Part shown: positions 38,979-48,983 of the stretch, one piece after another | Layout: every line of letters starts with the position of its first letter | Numbering within the stretch: position 1 is the first letter of the stretch | From: Vulcanimicrobiota bacterium | GTDB lineage: Bacteria > Vulcanimicrobiota > Xenobia > Xenobiales > JADMJV01 | NCBI GenBank assembly: GCA_050250895.1 | Contig: JBFWNU010000007.1 | Span: 128,001 to 192,000 of the forward strand | Length of the DNA stretch: 64,000 nt | Direction: 5' to 3' | Program-made: the position numbers and the translations under genes | The notes under the pieces: model-generated | Databases searched by the model: none | The model's input: the letters and a program-made list of their open reading frames with translations, nothing else | Told to the model about the DNA's origin: nothing

Positions 38979-41606
38979 ATGCGTCCGCGTCTCATCATGA
39001 AATTCGGCGGCTCGTCGCTGGCCGATCGCCACTCCTGGCAGCAATCCCTGGCGGCCATCGAGGCTCGCAAGGATCAGAGTCCCCTGGTGGTGGTGTCGGC
39101 CGTGGGCAAGAGCGAGGGGCGTCCCAAGGTCACCGACTTGCTCGACAGCCTGGCCCGCGAGGCCGGGGACCCCCAGCCTCTGTTCGACCTTCACCGGGAA
39201 CTGCTCGCAGAGTTGGGTCTGGGAGTCGACTTGCTCGAGCCCGCCTTTGACGAGATGCGCTCGGATCTCGAGCAACTGGACAGTCTGTCCGCCGACGAGG
39301 GTCGGGATCGGATCATGGGCTGGGGCGAGTTGCTGTCGTCGCGGATGATGGCGGCTTGCTTGCGAGCCCGAGGCTGGGACTCGAGGGCCGCCGCCCCGGC
39401 CGACCTGGCCTTCGTGACCGACGATGTCTTTCAAGATGCCAACGTGCTGTGGGATTCGCTCGAAGACATCGCCCGCAAGGTCATCGCTAGCCCCGGGCAC
39501 GTGGTCTTTCCCGGGTATGTCGGAGTCACCGCCGACGGACGTCGCACCACGCTGGGGCGGGGCGGCTCTGACTACACGGCCGCCGTTCTGGGGGCCGCCC
39601 TCAAACGCGAGGTTGAAATCTGGACCGATGTCGACGGGGTGGCCGTGACCAATCCTACCTTTTTCGACGAACGGATGCGCGCCGAGGGTCACCCTTCGAG
39701 CATCGAGCGCCTCTCTCATGAAGAGGCCTATCAGATGTCGGCCTTCGGCTCGCGAGTGCTCTATCAGAAATGCCTCACCGCCGCCCGCATGGCTGCCCGC
39801 AAGGGCCGGCATCTCAAGATGACCGTCAAGAACACCTTCAATCCCGACCATCCCGGCACCATCATCGAGTCGCACGCTTCGCCGGCCGGTGTTCCCAAGG
39901 GCATCACCGCCCTCGAAGAGGTCCAGCTTCTGACCGTCTATCTAGACCGCGAAGAGGACTATCGGGGTTTGTTGGGTGAGGTGCAGGCGCTGCCGGGCTT
40001 GCGCCTGTTGATGGCCTCTTACTCGACCGGGCGAGCCAGCTTCGTCTTTGACCGCCTATCGGAGGAACTCGAAGCCCTCGAGCGCCATCACCGCGACGCT
40101 CACCTGTCGCGGGACCAGGTGCTGGTGAAGGTGGTCGGCGACGGCCTCGGCCAACGTCACGCCACCATCGGACGCATCCATCAGACGGTGGACTTTCTGG
40201 ACGACTCGGACCGCTTCGGGGCACCGTTACTGCACAAGAGCCCTCAACTTCTGACCGACTCGACCTTCGAGGCGGTGGCCCTCAAGCGCGGAGCCCGCCA
40301 GGTCATCTTGCAACTCTACAAGGATCTCTTCTGTCAGAGCGAACTCACCGTCGGCCTGTTGGGGTTGGGCACGGTGGCCGGCGGCGTGCTCGAGTATTCC
40401 AAGCAGCTGTTTAGCCGGCGCAAGACCGGAGTCGATTTGCGCTTTCCGGTGGCCCTGGTGCGGGACCTGGCTCGCCCCCGCCGGGGCTTCGAGGGCCGCC
40501 TGACCACCGACGCGCGCGACGTCATCGAAGACCCCCGAGTGGACGTGGTGGTCGAGCTGATGGGCGGTCTGGAGCCGGCTCGGGGCCATATCCTGGCCGC
40601 GCTGGCCAACGGCAAGCATGTGATTACGGCCAACAAGGCCGTGCTGGCCGAGCACGGGGCCGAGTTGTTCGAAGCGGCCCGCCGCCACGGGCGCAATATC
40701 GGCTTCGAAGGCAGCGTGTGTGGAGAGATTCCCGTGCTCGAGGTGGTCCAGGACATGCCCAGCGACCAGGACGTCGAGTGTCTTTTGGGCATCTTTAATG
40801 GCACCAGCAACTATCTGCTCACCCGGATGGCCTCGGGAATGTCCTATGACGAGGCGCTCAAGCAAGCTCAGGACGCTGGCTTTGCCGAAGCCGATCCCAG
40901 TCTCGACGTGGGCGGCGGCGACGCTACCCAAAAACTGTCCATCCTGGCTTCCATCGTCTTTCACGCCCCCGTGCCCTGGCGCGAGATTCTCTGCCACGGC
41001 ATCGAAGGCGTGCGGGCCGTGGACACCGCCGAGGCAGCCCGGCTGGGCTACGTCATCCGACCAGTGGCCCTGGGTCGCCGTCACGCCGACGGCCTGGAAT
41101 TGTGGGTGGGACCCGTGTTGGTGGGTCGCACCCACAGTCTCTACCCGGTGGCGGGCGAGACCTGCGGTGTGTCTTTGGAGTTGACGGGGCGTAGCGAGCC
41201 TTTCACCCTGGTGGGCAAAGGCGCCGGAGCCCTGCCCACGGCCCGCTCGGTGGTCCGCGATCTTTATGAGGTCTCGCGCCGTTCTCGTCACCGCATGGTC
41301 GAACTGCCCGCCTTCCACCAGGCCGAGCCGCCCGCCATTTTGGGCCCCGAGCGCCACGTCTATCCCTGGTGGGTTCGTTTTACGGTCAAAGACGAGCCGG
41401 GGGTTTTCGGCCGTATCGCGGCTCTGCTGGGCGAGCAGGAGGTTTCTATCCGCCAGGCCTCGCAAACCGAAGACAGCGATGGGCTGGCCCATGTGATGCT
41501 GATGCTCAAACCGTGCCCACGAGCCAGGCTCGAGCGGGCCATGACCGCGATTCGCGGGCAATCTTTTCTGGAGGCCGACCAGGTCTTACCAGTCTTGGAG
41601 GGATAA
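38979..41606 (+). CDS. Bifunctional aspartokinase-homoserine dehydrogenase with a C-terminal ACT domain
   Basis: KFGGSS and TTLGRGGSDYTA (AK); GLGTV, ANKA, NGTSNY, GFAEADP (HSD); DEPGVFGRIA (ACT). Confidence 0.9.
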   Translation: MRPRLIMKFGGSSLADRHSWQQSLAAIEARKDQSPLVVVSAVGKSEGRPKVTDLLDSLAREAGDPQPLFDLHRELLAELGLGVDLLEPAFDEMRSDLEQLDSLSADEGRDRIMGWGELLSSRMMAACLRARGWDSRAAAPADLAFVTDDVFQDANVLWDSLEDIARKVIASPGHVVFPGYVGVTADGRRTTLGRGGSDYTAAVLGAALKREVEIWTDVDGVAVTNPTFFDERMRAEGHPSSIERLSHEEAYQMSAFGSRVLYQKCLTAARMAARKGRHLKMTVKNTFNPDHPGTIIESHASPAGVPKGITALEEVQLLTVYLDREEDYRGLLGEVQALPGLRLLMASYSTGRASFVFDRLSEELEALERHHRDAHLSRDQVLVKVVGDGLGQRHATIGRIHQTVDFLDDSDRFGAPLLHKSPQLLTDSTFEAVALKRGARQVILQLYKDLFCQSELTVGLLGLGTVAGGVLEYSKQLFSRRKTGVDLRFPVALVRDLARPRRGFEGRLTTDARDVIEDPRVDVVVELMGGLEPARGHILAALANGKHVITANKAVLAEHGAELFEAARRHGRNIGFEGSVCGEIPVLEVVQDMPSDQDVECLLGIFNGTSNYLLTRMASGMSYDEALKQAQDAGFAEADPSLDVGGGDATQKLSILASIVFHAPVPWREILCHGIEGVRAVDTAEAARLGYVIRPVALGRRHADGLELWVGPVLVGRTHSLYPVAGETCGVSLELTGRSEPFTLVGKGAGALPTARSVVRDLYEVSRRSRHRMVELPAFHQAEPPAILGPERHVYPWWVRFTVKDEPGVFGRIAALLGEQEVSIRQASQTEDSDGLAHVMLMLKPCPRARLERAMTAIRGQSFLEADQVLPVLEG

Positions 41607-41611
41607 TCCAG

Positions 41612-42838
41612 ATGGCTTTTGCGAACTGGTTCAAGAAGAAAAAGAAAGACGAGCCGGTCACATCGGGCGAAGAGGCTGCCGTCGAACCGGTCGAGCCTCG
41701 AACCGACGAGGCCGAGCCAGAGGTCGAGCCCGAACCCGAACCCGAGCCAGAACCTGCAGCACCAGCCGAGGAGAAAGCCCAAGCCGAGAGCGATGAAGCC
41801 CCGGCCGACCAGGTCCCCGATTCAGACGCGGCAGCCAAACCGGGCTTTTTGCGAGGGGCCTGGGAGGCCACCAAAAAGCTAGCCCTTACCCCCGTCGACC
41901 CATGGTTCGAGAAGATGGCCGAGGGTCTCAACCGTACCCGCAAGAACCTGGTCGGTCAGCTGAAGTCGCTGTTTGGTCGCTCGATCGACGAAGATTTCTG
42001 GGAAGAGCTCGAGGATATCTTGCTCACCTCGGACGTGGGGGCTACGGCCACCGATCGGGTGGTCGAAGAATTGCGCGAAAAGGTTAAGGCCGAGAAACTG
42101 TCGGGCTCGGAGGCGCTCCTGGGAGCGACCCGGTCGATCATCGCCAACATTCTGGGGGACGAGCCTGAGGCGCGCCAGCTCAATCTCGAGCCCGGGCGTC
42201 TCAACGTGATCCTCATGATTGGCGTCAACGGGGCCGGCAAGACCACTTCCACGGCCAAGCTAGCCCATCTGTTCAAACAACAGGGGCTGAAGGTCTTGCT
42301 GGCGGCGGCCGACACCTTTCGCGCGGCCGCCATCGAGCAGCTCGAAGTCTGGGCCGGCCGGATCGACATTCCTTTGATCCGCCACCAGGAGGGGGCCGAC
42401 CCGGCGGCCGTCGTTTATGACGCCCTGAGCGCGGCCAAAGCTCGCCAGGTCGACGTCTTGATCATCGACACGGCCGGTCGTCTTCATTCCAAGACCAACC
42501 TCATGAAAGAACTCGAGAAGATCAACCGGGTAGCTGGGCGCGAGGTCGAAGGCGCGCCCCACGAGGTGCTGCTGGTGCTCGATGCTACCACCGGTCAGAA
42601 CGCGCTGCAGCAGACGCGGGAGTTTTCGCGGGTAGCCGATGTCAGCGGCCTGGTGCTGTGCAAGCTCGACGGCACCGCCAAGGGTGGCATCATGGTGGCC
42701 ATCGCCCAGGAGCATCAGTTGCCCGTCAAGTTCATCGGGGTGGGCGAGGCGGTCGATGACCTGCGACCATTCGAGCCGAGCCACTTCCTCGAGGCCCTCT
42801 TCGGCGAGGCCGAGCATACCACGGTCGAGAAGACTTGA
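41612..42838 (+). CDS. ftsY: Signal recognition particle receptor
   Basis: Acidic N-region, GVNGAGKTT, DTFRAAA, DTAGR, KLDGTAKGG. Confidence 0.96.
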   Translation: MAFANWFKKKKKDEPVTSGEEAAVEPVEPRTDEAEPEVEPEPEPEPEPAAPAEEKAQAESDEAPADQVPDSDAAAKPGFLRGAWEATKKLALTPVDPWFEKMAEGLNRTRKNLVGQLKSLFGRSIDEDFWEELEDILLTSDVGATATDRVVEELREKVKAEKLSGSEALLGATRSIIANILGDEPEARQLNLEPGRLNVILMIGVNGAGKTTSTAKLAHLFKQQGLKVLLAAADTFRAAAIEQLEVWAGRIDIPLIRHQEGADPAAVVYDALSAAKARQVDVLIIDTAGRLHSKTNLMKELEKINRVAGREVEGAPHEVLLVLDATTGQNALQQTREFSRVADVSGLVLCKLDGTAKGGIMVAIAQEHQLPVKFIGVGEAVDDLRPFEPSHFLEALFGEAEHTTVEKT

Positions 42839-42954
42839 GTTCTGGCCGAGGCGATGTTAACATGAATTTTACAACTTGTTTACTTCGCGTTAATGGATGA
42901 TCGGGGGGGCGCGCTTGATAATCAAACTAAGAATCCTGAGATCGGACATCTTTC

Positions 42955-43737
42955 ATGCATTCGTCTATGAACTTTGCCGCCACGAACGCCGCTAAATCTG
43001 GTGTGTTGCAGTCGGCATTCACGCCGACACAGGTAGCTCCGAAAAAGACCGAGACTACCGAAACCACGCGCCAGACTCCCCAGGCGGAAGAGGAAGGTAA
43101 ACCAGAGGAAAAGCCCGGACTACCCCCGGGCGCTCAGCAAAGCAATCCTCAGAAGAAGCTCAAGAGAATGCGGGTGCGTCGCAACCGGGTTGGCTCGGCT
43201 GGCGTGCGCCGCGGCACCACCACCAAGTCGACGCAGCAGACCCAAAACGCTCAGCAGGGTCAAGAAGCAGCGCAGACCGGCCAACAGGCCAAGACGGCCA
43301 AAGGCAAAGGCGGCGTCGCCAACCACATGGCCTTCCGTGGCACCTCCACGCAAGCCTCGGTGCTGTATGAGCAGGCCTCCCGTCAGCAGGGTCAGGGCAA
43401 GTCGATGTCGCCCACCGAGAAGCGCTTCATGATTCTCAACGGCCTGCGCGCTTATACCAACAACGAGTATAAGGCTCTGCAGTCCAACCCTCAGGATTCG
43501 TCGGGCACCATGACTCGCAAAGCGGCTCGCGAGCTCTGCATGGCTCTGACCACCCTGTCCGGCACTCCCACCGGCAAGAAGAAGGATAACCGGACCGAAG
43601 ACACCTGCAGCGGCGACTCGACCATGACCTCGGCCGACTTCAAGCGTCGCAAGACCACCCTGGCCGGCGTGATGCAAATTTTCGCTCCCCCGCCCGAGCC
43701 GCCGCCGAACTACGAGCCTATCGCTGGCGTCGCGTAA
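42955..43737 (+). CDS. Low-complexity (Q/T/K-rich) hypothetical protein
   Basis: Strong GC3 codon bias, its own AT-rich upstream region and a downstream terminator. Confidence 0.7.
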   Translation: MHSSMNFAATNAAKSGVLQSAFTPTQVAPKKTETTETTRQTPQAEEEGKPEEKPGLPPGAQQSNPQKKLKRMRVRRNRVGSAGVRRGTTTKSTQQTQNAQQGQEAAQTGQQAKTAKGKGGVANHMAFRGTSTQASVLYEQASRQQGQGKSMSPTEKRFMILNGLRAYTNNEYKALQSNPQDSSGTMTRKAARELCMALTTLSGTPTGKKKDNRTEDTCSGDSTMTSADFKRRKTTLAGVMQIFAPPPEPPPNYEPIAGVA

Positions 43738-43745
43738 ATCACCAG

Positions 43746-43770
43746 AAGCGCCCTTCCCGGGCGCTTTTGT
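43746..43770 (+). terminator. Intrinsic terminator
   Basis: AAGCGCCC-ttccc-GGGCGCTT followed by TTGT. Confidence 0.7.
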
Positions 43771-43853
43771 CATTCCCCCGCGGGCTTCTCGGCAGGAGAC
43801 GGTTTTCAATCGTCCAAGTAGGCCCACATTCTATCCGCGGGAGGATTGCGCGC

Positions 43854-45131
43854 ATGCTCGACCAGGTATGGAGGACAGACCCCGACGTCGCCAGGGCCAT
43901 CGAGAAAGAGAACCTACGGCAGGCTACGACCCTCGAGATGATCGCTTCGGAGAACTTCGTTAGCGAAGCCGTCTTGCAGGCGCAGGGCAGCGTGCTCACC
44001 AACAAATACGCCGAGGGTTATCCCGGCAAGCGTTACTACGGCGGATGCGAGTTTGTGGACGTGTGCGAGCAGCTGGCCATCGATCGGGCCAAGCAACTGT
44101 TTGGGGCCGATCATGCCAACGTCCAGCCCCATTCCGGGGCCAGTGCCAATATCGCGGCCTTCTACTCGGTGATGGAGCACGGCCAGACGCTGATGGCGCT
44201 GTCGCTTGATCACGGCGGCCACTTGACCCACGGTCACAAGGTCAATTTCTCGGGCAAGCAGTTCAACATCGTCCACTACGGCGTCGATCCCAAGACCGAG
44301 CGGCTCGATTATGACGCCATCGTGGCCATGGCTCGTGAGCACAAACCGAAGGTGTTGTTGGCCGGCTACTCGGCCTATCCCCGCGAACTCGACTTTGGCC
44401 CCTTCCGCGAGGTGGCCGATGAGGTCGGGGCAGTGTTCATGGTCGACATGGCCCATTTTGCCGGTCTTGCCGCCACCGGCATGCACCCCAATCCGGTCGA
44501 TTTCGCCGACATCGTCACCACCACCACGCACAAGACCCTGCGCGGTCCGCGCGGGGGATTGATTCTTTGCCGCGAGCCTTTCGCCAAAGGGATCGACCGC
44601 AGCATCTTTCCGGGTCACCAGGGCGGTCCGCTCGAGCACGTGGTGGCCGCCAAGGCGGTGGCCTTTCATGAAGCTCTGCAGCCCGACTTCAAAGATTATT
44701 GCCGTCAGATCGTCGAGAACGCCAAAATGCTGGCCGAGACGTTGGCGGCGGGCGGTGCCCGTCTGGTCTCTGGCGGCACCGACAATCACCTGATGCTGGT
44801 CGATGTCACCCCGCTGGGCCTGACCGGCCACGATGCCGAGCAATCGCTCGAAGCCGCCGGCATCACCACCAACAAGAACGCCATTCCTTTCGACAAGAAC
44901 CCGCCCTCGGTGGCCAGCGGCATTCGCATCGGCACGCCGGCGCTCACCACCCGCGGCATGAAGACTGATGAGATGAAGCAGATCGGTGCCTGGATTTTGC
45001 AGGTGATGAAGGCGCCCGGCGACGCTTCGGTGCGCCAGTCGGTGCGCCAACAGGTCGAAGAGCTGTGTCAGCAGTTTCCTCTTTACCAGGCCCGAGTGGC
45101 TGCCAATCGCGAACCGGGGGTCCGGGCATGA
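43854..45131 (+). CDS. glyA: Serine hydroxymethyltransferase
   Basis: [44 protein letters not shown]. Confidence 0.97.
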   Translation: MLDQVWRTDPDVARAIEKENLRQATTLEMIASENFVSEAVLQAQGSVLTNKYAEGYPGKRYYGGCEFVDVCEQLAIDRAKQLFGADHANVQPHSGASANIAAFYSVMEHGQTLMALSLDHGGHLTHGHKVNFSGKQFNIVHYGVDPKTERLDYDAIVAMAREHKPKVLLAGYSAYPRELDFGPFREVADEVGAVFMVDMAHFAGLAATGMHPNPVDFADIVTTTTHKTLRGPRGGLILCREPFAKGIDRSIFPGHQGGPLEHVVAAKAVAFHEALQPDFKDYCRQIVENAKMLAETLAAGGARLVSGGTDNHLMLVDVTPLGLTGHDAEQSLEAAGITTNKNAIPFDKNPPSVASGIRIGTPALTTRGMKTDEMKQIGAWILQVMKAPGDASVRQSVRQQVEELCQQFPLYQARVAANREPGVRA

Positions 45132-46081
45132 CCGACAAGGCCGAACCGCTAGCCGACGAGGCCGAAGACCAGGCACAGCCTTCAGAAGAGGCCTCTGAGG
45201 AGCCTTCGGACGGCGAAGCGGCCGAGGAAAGCCCTGCGAGCGAGGAAGAGGGATCGGTCGAGAGCGAGCCCGAGCAGGTTGACCAGCCATCCGGGCCAGT
45301 CGAAGAACCGGCCGAGGCTGTCCCTTCAGACTCCGCTGAGGAGCCCGAAGGTCCGGTCCACGATCCCGACACCGATGGCGAGCGGCGGCGCGGACAGCGC
45401 AAAGGGGTTCGGCTCAACAAGCTGATTTCGGCCAAGATAGCCACCGGCGATTCCAGCGCCAACGCCTACATTCACCTGGTGGATATTTCCGAGGGAGGGT
45501 TGCGCATCAACAGCGACAACCCTTTTCCTGGCGAGGCCGACATCGAGTTGACCTTTCCACTCGAGGCCTTCGGTGCCGACCTGGCTTCGGAGTACAAGGT
45601 CCAGACCTTCAAGATGCGATTGGTCTGGCAGAAGCAACTGGTCGGCGGCATGCACGTCTCGGGCTTGAAGTTTCTTGACCCCACCGAAGAGAATCAGTCG
45701 GTGGTCAAGAAGATTCTCGAACGGTCCTCTCCCGAAGGACGCCGCTTGCGCTTTCGCCTCAACCGGGTGCTCGGGGTCGAGATCGGCAAGGAAGAAGGCA
45801 GCCAGTGGATTTATCCCCTGGCCGAGGACCTCTCCATCGAAGGCATGCGGGTGCGACTCGACGAGCACCTCGAGGTTGGCGACGAGTTTCCCATCAAGCT
45901 GTTTCTCGAGTTCGAGTTGCCGACCGTCGAGACGCGCGCCAAGGTGATGTGGCAAGAAGAACTGGGCTCTGGGCGTCATCAAGTGGGCATGAAGTTCACC
46001 GAGATCGACGACAAGAACGCCGCCGTCATCAAGGATTACATCGACCGCTGCCTGGAGAAGGATAGCAAGAAGAAACGTTGA
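45128..46081 (+). CDS. Double PilZ protein with an acidic, disordered N-terminus
   Basis: RKGVR/DISEGG and RLRFR/DLSIEG; ATGA overlap with glyA. Confidence 0.85.
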   Translation: MTDKAEPLADEAEDQAQPSEEASEEPSDGEAAEESPASEEEGSVESEPEQVDQPSGPVEEPAEAVPSDSAEEPEGPVHDPDTDGERRRGQRKGVRLNKLISAKIATGDSSANAYIHLVDISEGGLRINSDNPFPGEADIELTFPLEAFGADLASEYKVQTFKMRLVWQKQLVGGMHVSGLKFLDPTEENQSVVKKILERSSPEGRRLRFRLNRVLGVEIGKEEGSQWIYPLAEDLSIEGMRVRLDEHLEVGDEFPIKLFLEFELPTVETRAKVMWQEELGSGRHQVGMKFTEIDDKNAAVIKDYIDRCLEKDSKKKR

Positions 46082-47508
46082 TTCCCCTCGAGTTGCTCGA
46101 CAGTTACGGTCGCGAGACCGTCTCGCGTCAGTCCCTCAAGGGGTTTTTCTCTGTCTATCAGGTGGCCCGCGGGGCGGTAGCCTACGAGGACACCGGCGGC
46201 TACTGGTTGGCTGTGGGCAGTCCCTGGGCGGCCGAGGGCGAGGTGCCGCAGGTGGCCCGCCAGTTTGCTGAAGACGCGCGCAGGGCTCGTCGCAAGGCTG
46301 CCTTCTTCGGGGTCGAGCCGCACACTCTGGGGCTGCTGCCGGGGCATCCCTGTCTCAAGCTCGGGGTCCAGCCTGTCTTTGACCCGGTGGCCTGGGTCAA
46401 GCATCAAGCTGATCGCGGCGAAGTCGGACGCCAGACCCGGCGGGCCGGGCGTAAGGGTGTCGAGGTTCGCAAGGTCGAACTGGGCGAACTCCTGTCTGAG
46501 CCGCTCTGCGGGCAGGTGAGCGAGATCTGTCGCGAGTGGGTAGAGAGCCGCCCGATGGCCCTGATGGGCTTTCTGGTGACCCTCGATTTTCTCGACCGCC
46601 CTGGCGACCGCACGTTCTTTCTGGCCGAGACCGCCGACGGCGTGTGCGGCGTGCTGGCCTGCATTCCGGCCCGAGATGGCTGGTTTTTCGAGAATCTGGT
46701 TGCCCGCCGGGGCTCGCCCAACGGCACCTGTTCGGCGTTGGTGTCCTTTGCGTTGGGCTGGATGGCCGACCAGGGTTGTCGCTTTGCCACCCTGGGCCTG
46801 GCCCCCCTGGCCCAGTTCGAGTTTGACGAGCCTGAGGCCGAGGGCAAGCTGCCGCGAGTCTTGCGCTTCTGCTACCAGCGACTCAACTGGCTTTATAACT
46901 TTCAGGGGCTGTTCAGCTTCAAGTCCAAGTTCGAGCCCGACCGCTGGGAGCCGGTCTATCTGGTGGCTCCCGACGGGATTGGACCGGGCACGATTTATCA
47001 CATGCTCAGGGCCTTCGCGGGGGGCTCGCTGGTGGTCTTCGGATTGGCCACCTTCGCTCGTTGGTGGCGCGACCTGACCGAGCTTGTCTCGCGGCGGGTC
47101 TGGGCTAGCATCTCGTATTTTCTGGCCATCGCCCTGCTACCCTGGGTGGCCGTCCTACTCACCACCGACTCGCGCGCCTGGTTCGGCTGTGAGTGGCTGG
47201 CCCAAGCGTGGGCAGCCTTTGATTTGGTGGTGGCCGTCGGCTTTCTGCTGGTCGGCCACTGTCTTGAACGGGGTCGTTCCTGGGGTGAGCATCTGGCCAC
47301 CCTGCTGGTGGGGGTGGTGGGGGCCGACGTGTTCTTGACCTGGTCTCAGGCCTTTCTCTACAACCTGCCTCGGCAGACCGGTCTGATCGAGCTGCTGATC
47401 ACGCTGGTGGCCATGGCGGCCCCGGCCTTCGCCTTCGCATTTTTGTTGACGGTTTCCAACAGTCGCTACTTCCGCCCGGGCGACGCTCGACCGCAACCCT
47501 CCCGCTGA
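46078..47508 (+). CDS. DUF2156 / MprF synthase-like aminoacyl transferase with C-terminal TM helices
   Basis: AVGSP, SPNGT, TLGLAPLA, YNFQGLFSFKSKFEP, then about 4 TM helices. Confidence 0.85.
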   Translation: MIPLELLDSYGRETVSRQSLKGFFSVYQVARGAVAYEDTGGYWLAVGSPWAAEGEVPQVARQFAEDARRARRKAAFFGVEPHTLGLLPGHPCLKLGVQPVFDPVAWVKHQADRGEVGRQTRRAGRKGVEVRKVELGELLSEPLCGQVSEICREWVESRPMALMGFLVTLDFLDRPGDRTFFLAETADGVCGVLACIPARDGWFFENLVARRGSPNGTCSALVSFALGWMADQGCRFATLGLAPLAQFEFDEPEAEGKLPRVLRFCYQRLNWLYNFQGLFSFKSKFEPDRWEPVYLVAPDGIGPGTIYHMLRAFAGGSLVVFGLATFARWWRDLTELVSRRVWASISYFLAIALLPWVAVLLTTDSRAWFGCEWLAQAWAAFDLVVAVGFLLVGHCLERGRSWGEHLATLLVGVVGADVFLTWSQAFLYNLPRQTGLIELLITLVAMAAPAFAFAFLLTVSNSRYFRPGDARPQPSR

Positions 47509-47595
47509 AGAACGTTTGTTCGAATTTCGGCAGGGACTGCGCACCGGTTGTTGAAAGTCCCTCAATATTGACTAATATTCAAAGGAGGCCAAGCT

Positions 47596-47961
47596 GTGAA
47601 GCGTAAAGCTCTGACGCTGTTTCTACTGGTCGTCACCGGCTTGACTCTCGCTCAATGGAAACCGGCGGAGTCGCAGCTACTGACCGTTACGGGGGAATAC
47701 CGGGTTGTCGAGGTCGACAAGGCTAACCAGCGCATCGGCGTAGCCCTGCCCGAGGCCAAGCCTGACGTTCGGCAGAATTGGGTTTATCTGCAAGCCAACA
47801 CCCAGTTCGTCTATACCGAGAGCAGAGACGGGGGATGGACCAAAACCGAGCACCTGACCTATGAGGGCTTTTTCAATGTGGCCGCTCCCGGAAAAATGAT
47901 GAAAGTTCACGGCGGTCGCCGCTGGGATGGCGGCATCACCGCTAAGAACGTGTGGATGTAA
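47596..47961 (+). CDS. Exported hypothetical protein
   Basis: AAGGAGG RBS, signal peptide, terminator downstream. Confidence 0.75.
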   Translation: MKRKALTLFLLVVTGLTLAQWKPAESQLLTVTGEYRVVEVDKANQRIGVALPEAKPDVRQNWVYLQANTQFVYTESRDGGWTKTEHLTYEGFFNVAAPGKMMKVHGGRRWDGGITAKNVWM

Positions 47962-47981
47962 TCACTCCTGAGACCTGTCCC

Positions 47982-48006
47982 GGGGGCCTTCGGGCCCCCT
48001 TTTTTT
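47982..48006 (+). terminator. Intrinsic terminator
   Basis: GGGGGCC-TTCG-GGCCCCC followed by T7. Confidence 0.9.
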
Positions 48007-48019
48007 GTGGTGCTCAGGG

Positions 48020-48048
48020 TTGACATCGCAGGTCAACGAAGCTAGAAT
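48020..48048 (+). promoter_or_regulatory. Sigma70 promoter of tRNA-Tyr
   Basis: TTGACA-N17-TAGAAT. Confidence 0.85.
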
Positions 48049-48061
48049 TTCATCTGTTCAA

Positions 48062-48148
48062 GGGTAGGTGGCCGAGTGGACAAAGGCAGCAGACTGTAAA
48101 TCTGCCGGGCGACGCCCTACGGGAGTTCGAATCTCTCCCTGCCCACCA
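48062..48148 (+). tRNA. tRNA-Tyr (GTA)
   Basis: Acceptor GGGTAGG/CCTGCCC, anticodon arm GCAGA-CTGTAAA-TCTGC, long variable arm, TTCGAAT T-loop, encoded CCA. Confidence 0.97.
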
Positions 48149-48151
48149 AGC

Positions 48152-48178
48152 AAAACCTCGCTCCGGCGGGGTTTTCTT
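48152..48178 (+). terminator. Terminator after the tRNA
   Basis: AAAACCTCGC-TCCG-GCGGGGTTTT. Confidence 0.75.
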
Positions 48179-48188
48179 GCTTTACGAG

Positions 48189-48668
48189 ATGAACGACAAA
48201 GACTGGCAAGACCTGCAACAAGAGCTGATCGCCCAGTTCCGCCTGGGGCCGTTTACCGCCCACGATCACGACCATTGGCGGCGGGTCGAAGCCTATGGCA
48301 TTTATCTAGCCCAGGCCAACCAGGCCGACCTGGAAGTGGTGCGGTTGTTCGCCTGGATTCACGACAGTCAGCGTTTCGAGGAAAGTCACGACCCCGAGCA
48401 TGGCCAGCGGGCAGCCGACTTTGCCGAGAGGCGTTGCAGCTTTCTCGAGCCCGACCGACTGGCGTTGCTCATGGACGCCTGTCGCGATCACGAGAAGGGA
48501 TTCACCAGTCAGGACGCCACCATCGGCGCCTGCTGGGACGCCGACCGCCTCGATCTCGACCGGGTGGGTAGAGTTCCCGACCCCGACTATTTGAGCACCC
48601 AGACGGGCAAGACGTTGGCCCTGATGCGAGCCAACGATCGCCGCCGCCTGGTTGGGGTGAATCCTTAA
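48189..48668 (+). CDS. HD-domain protein
   Basis: HDHDHWRRV, IHD, EHG, WDADRLDL. Confidence 0.85.
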   Translation: MNDKDWQDLQQELIAQFRLGPFTAHDHDHWRRVEAYGIYLAQANQADLEVVRLFAWIHDSQRFEESHDPEHGQRAADFAERRCSFLEPDRLALLMDACRDHEKGFTSQDATIGACWDADRLDLDRVGRVPDPDYLSTQTGKTLALMRANDRRRLVGVNP

Positions 48669-48678
48669 GCCTCGATCA
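48666..48678 (+). repeat. 13-bp direct repeat, left copy (TAAGCCTCGATCA)
   Basis: Identical to 58254-58266; the two copies flank the chemosensory cluster. Confidence 0.5.
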
Positions 48679-48983
48679 CGGGTGGATCCAAACAGGAGCG
48701 CCGCTGCTCCACGAGGGCACGTGAAAGCTGGCCGCCCGGTTTGCCGTTGGAGTCAGAGCAAAGCCACGCTGAGAAGGTGGCGAACTTTGGGAGTGGTTCC
48801 CGATCGCATTGGGAGCCAGGACCAAACTTGTTCCCTCCGGCCTGCGGCGGGGGTGGGACCTCCTGCTTCTGACGGACCCCCACGAGGCGCACGAAGGTCA
48901 CAGTGGTCAAGAAGGGTGGGATGGAGTTGCCGGCAAACCAATCATGACAGTGCGCCTCTCCGGGCTGGTCGAAGGTGAACTAG

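Noticed and set aside
41709-41760. Short tandem GAACCC/GAGCC repeats
   Set aside because: They encode the ordinary EPEPEP acidic linker of FtsY.
48062-48148. tRNA-Tyr as the att site of an island
   Set aside because: I found no duplicate of the tRNA 3' end and no integrase downstream.
48068-48571. 167-aa ORF starting MAEWTKAADCKS
   Set aside because: It is a translation of the tRNA gene running out of frame into the HD gene.
48665-48978. Short ORFs upstream of the che cluster
   Set aside because: They have no RBS, motif or codon bias; the region is probably regulatory or a remnant.
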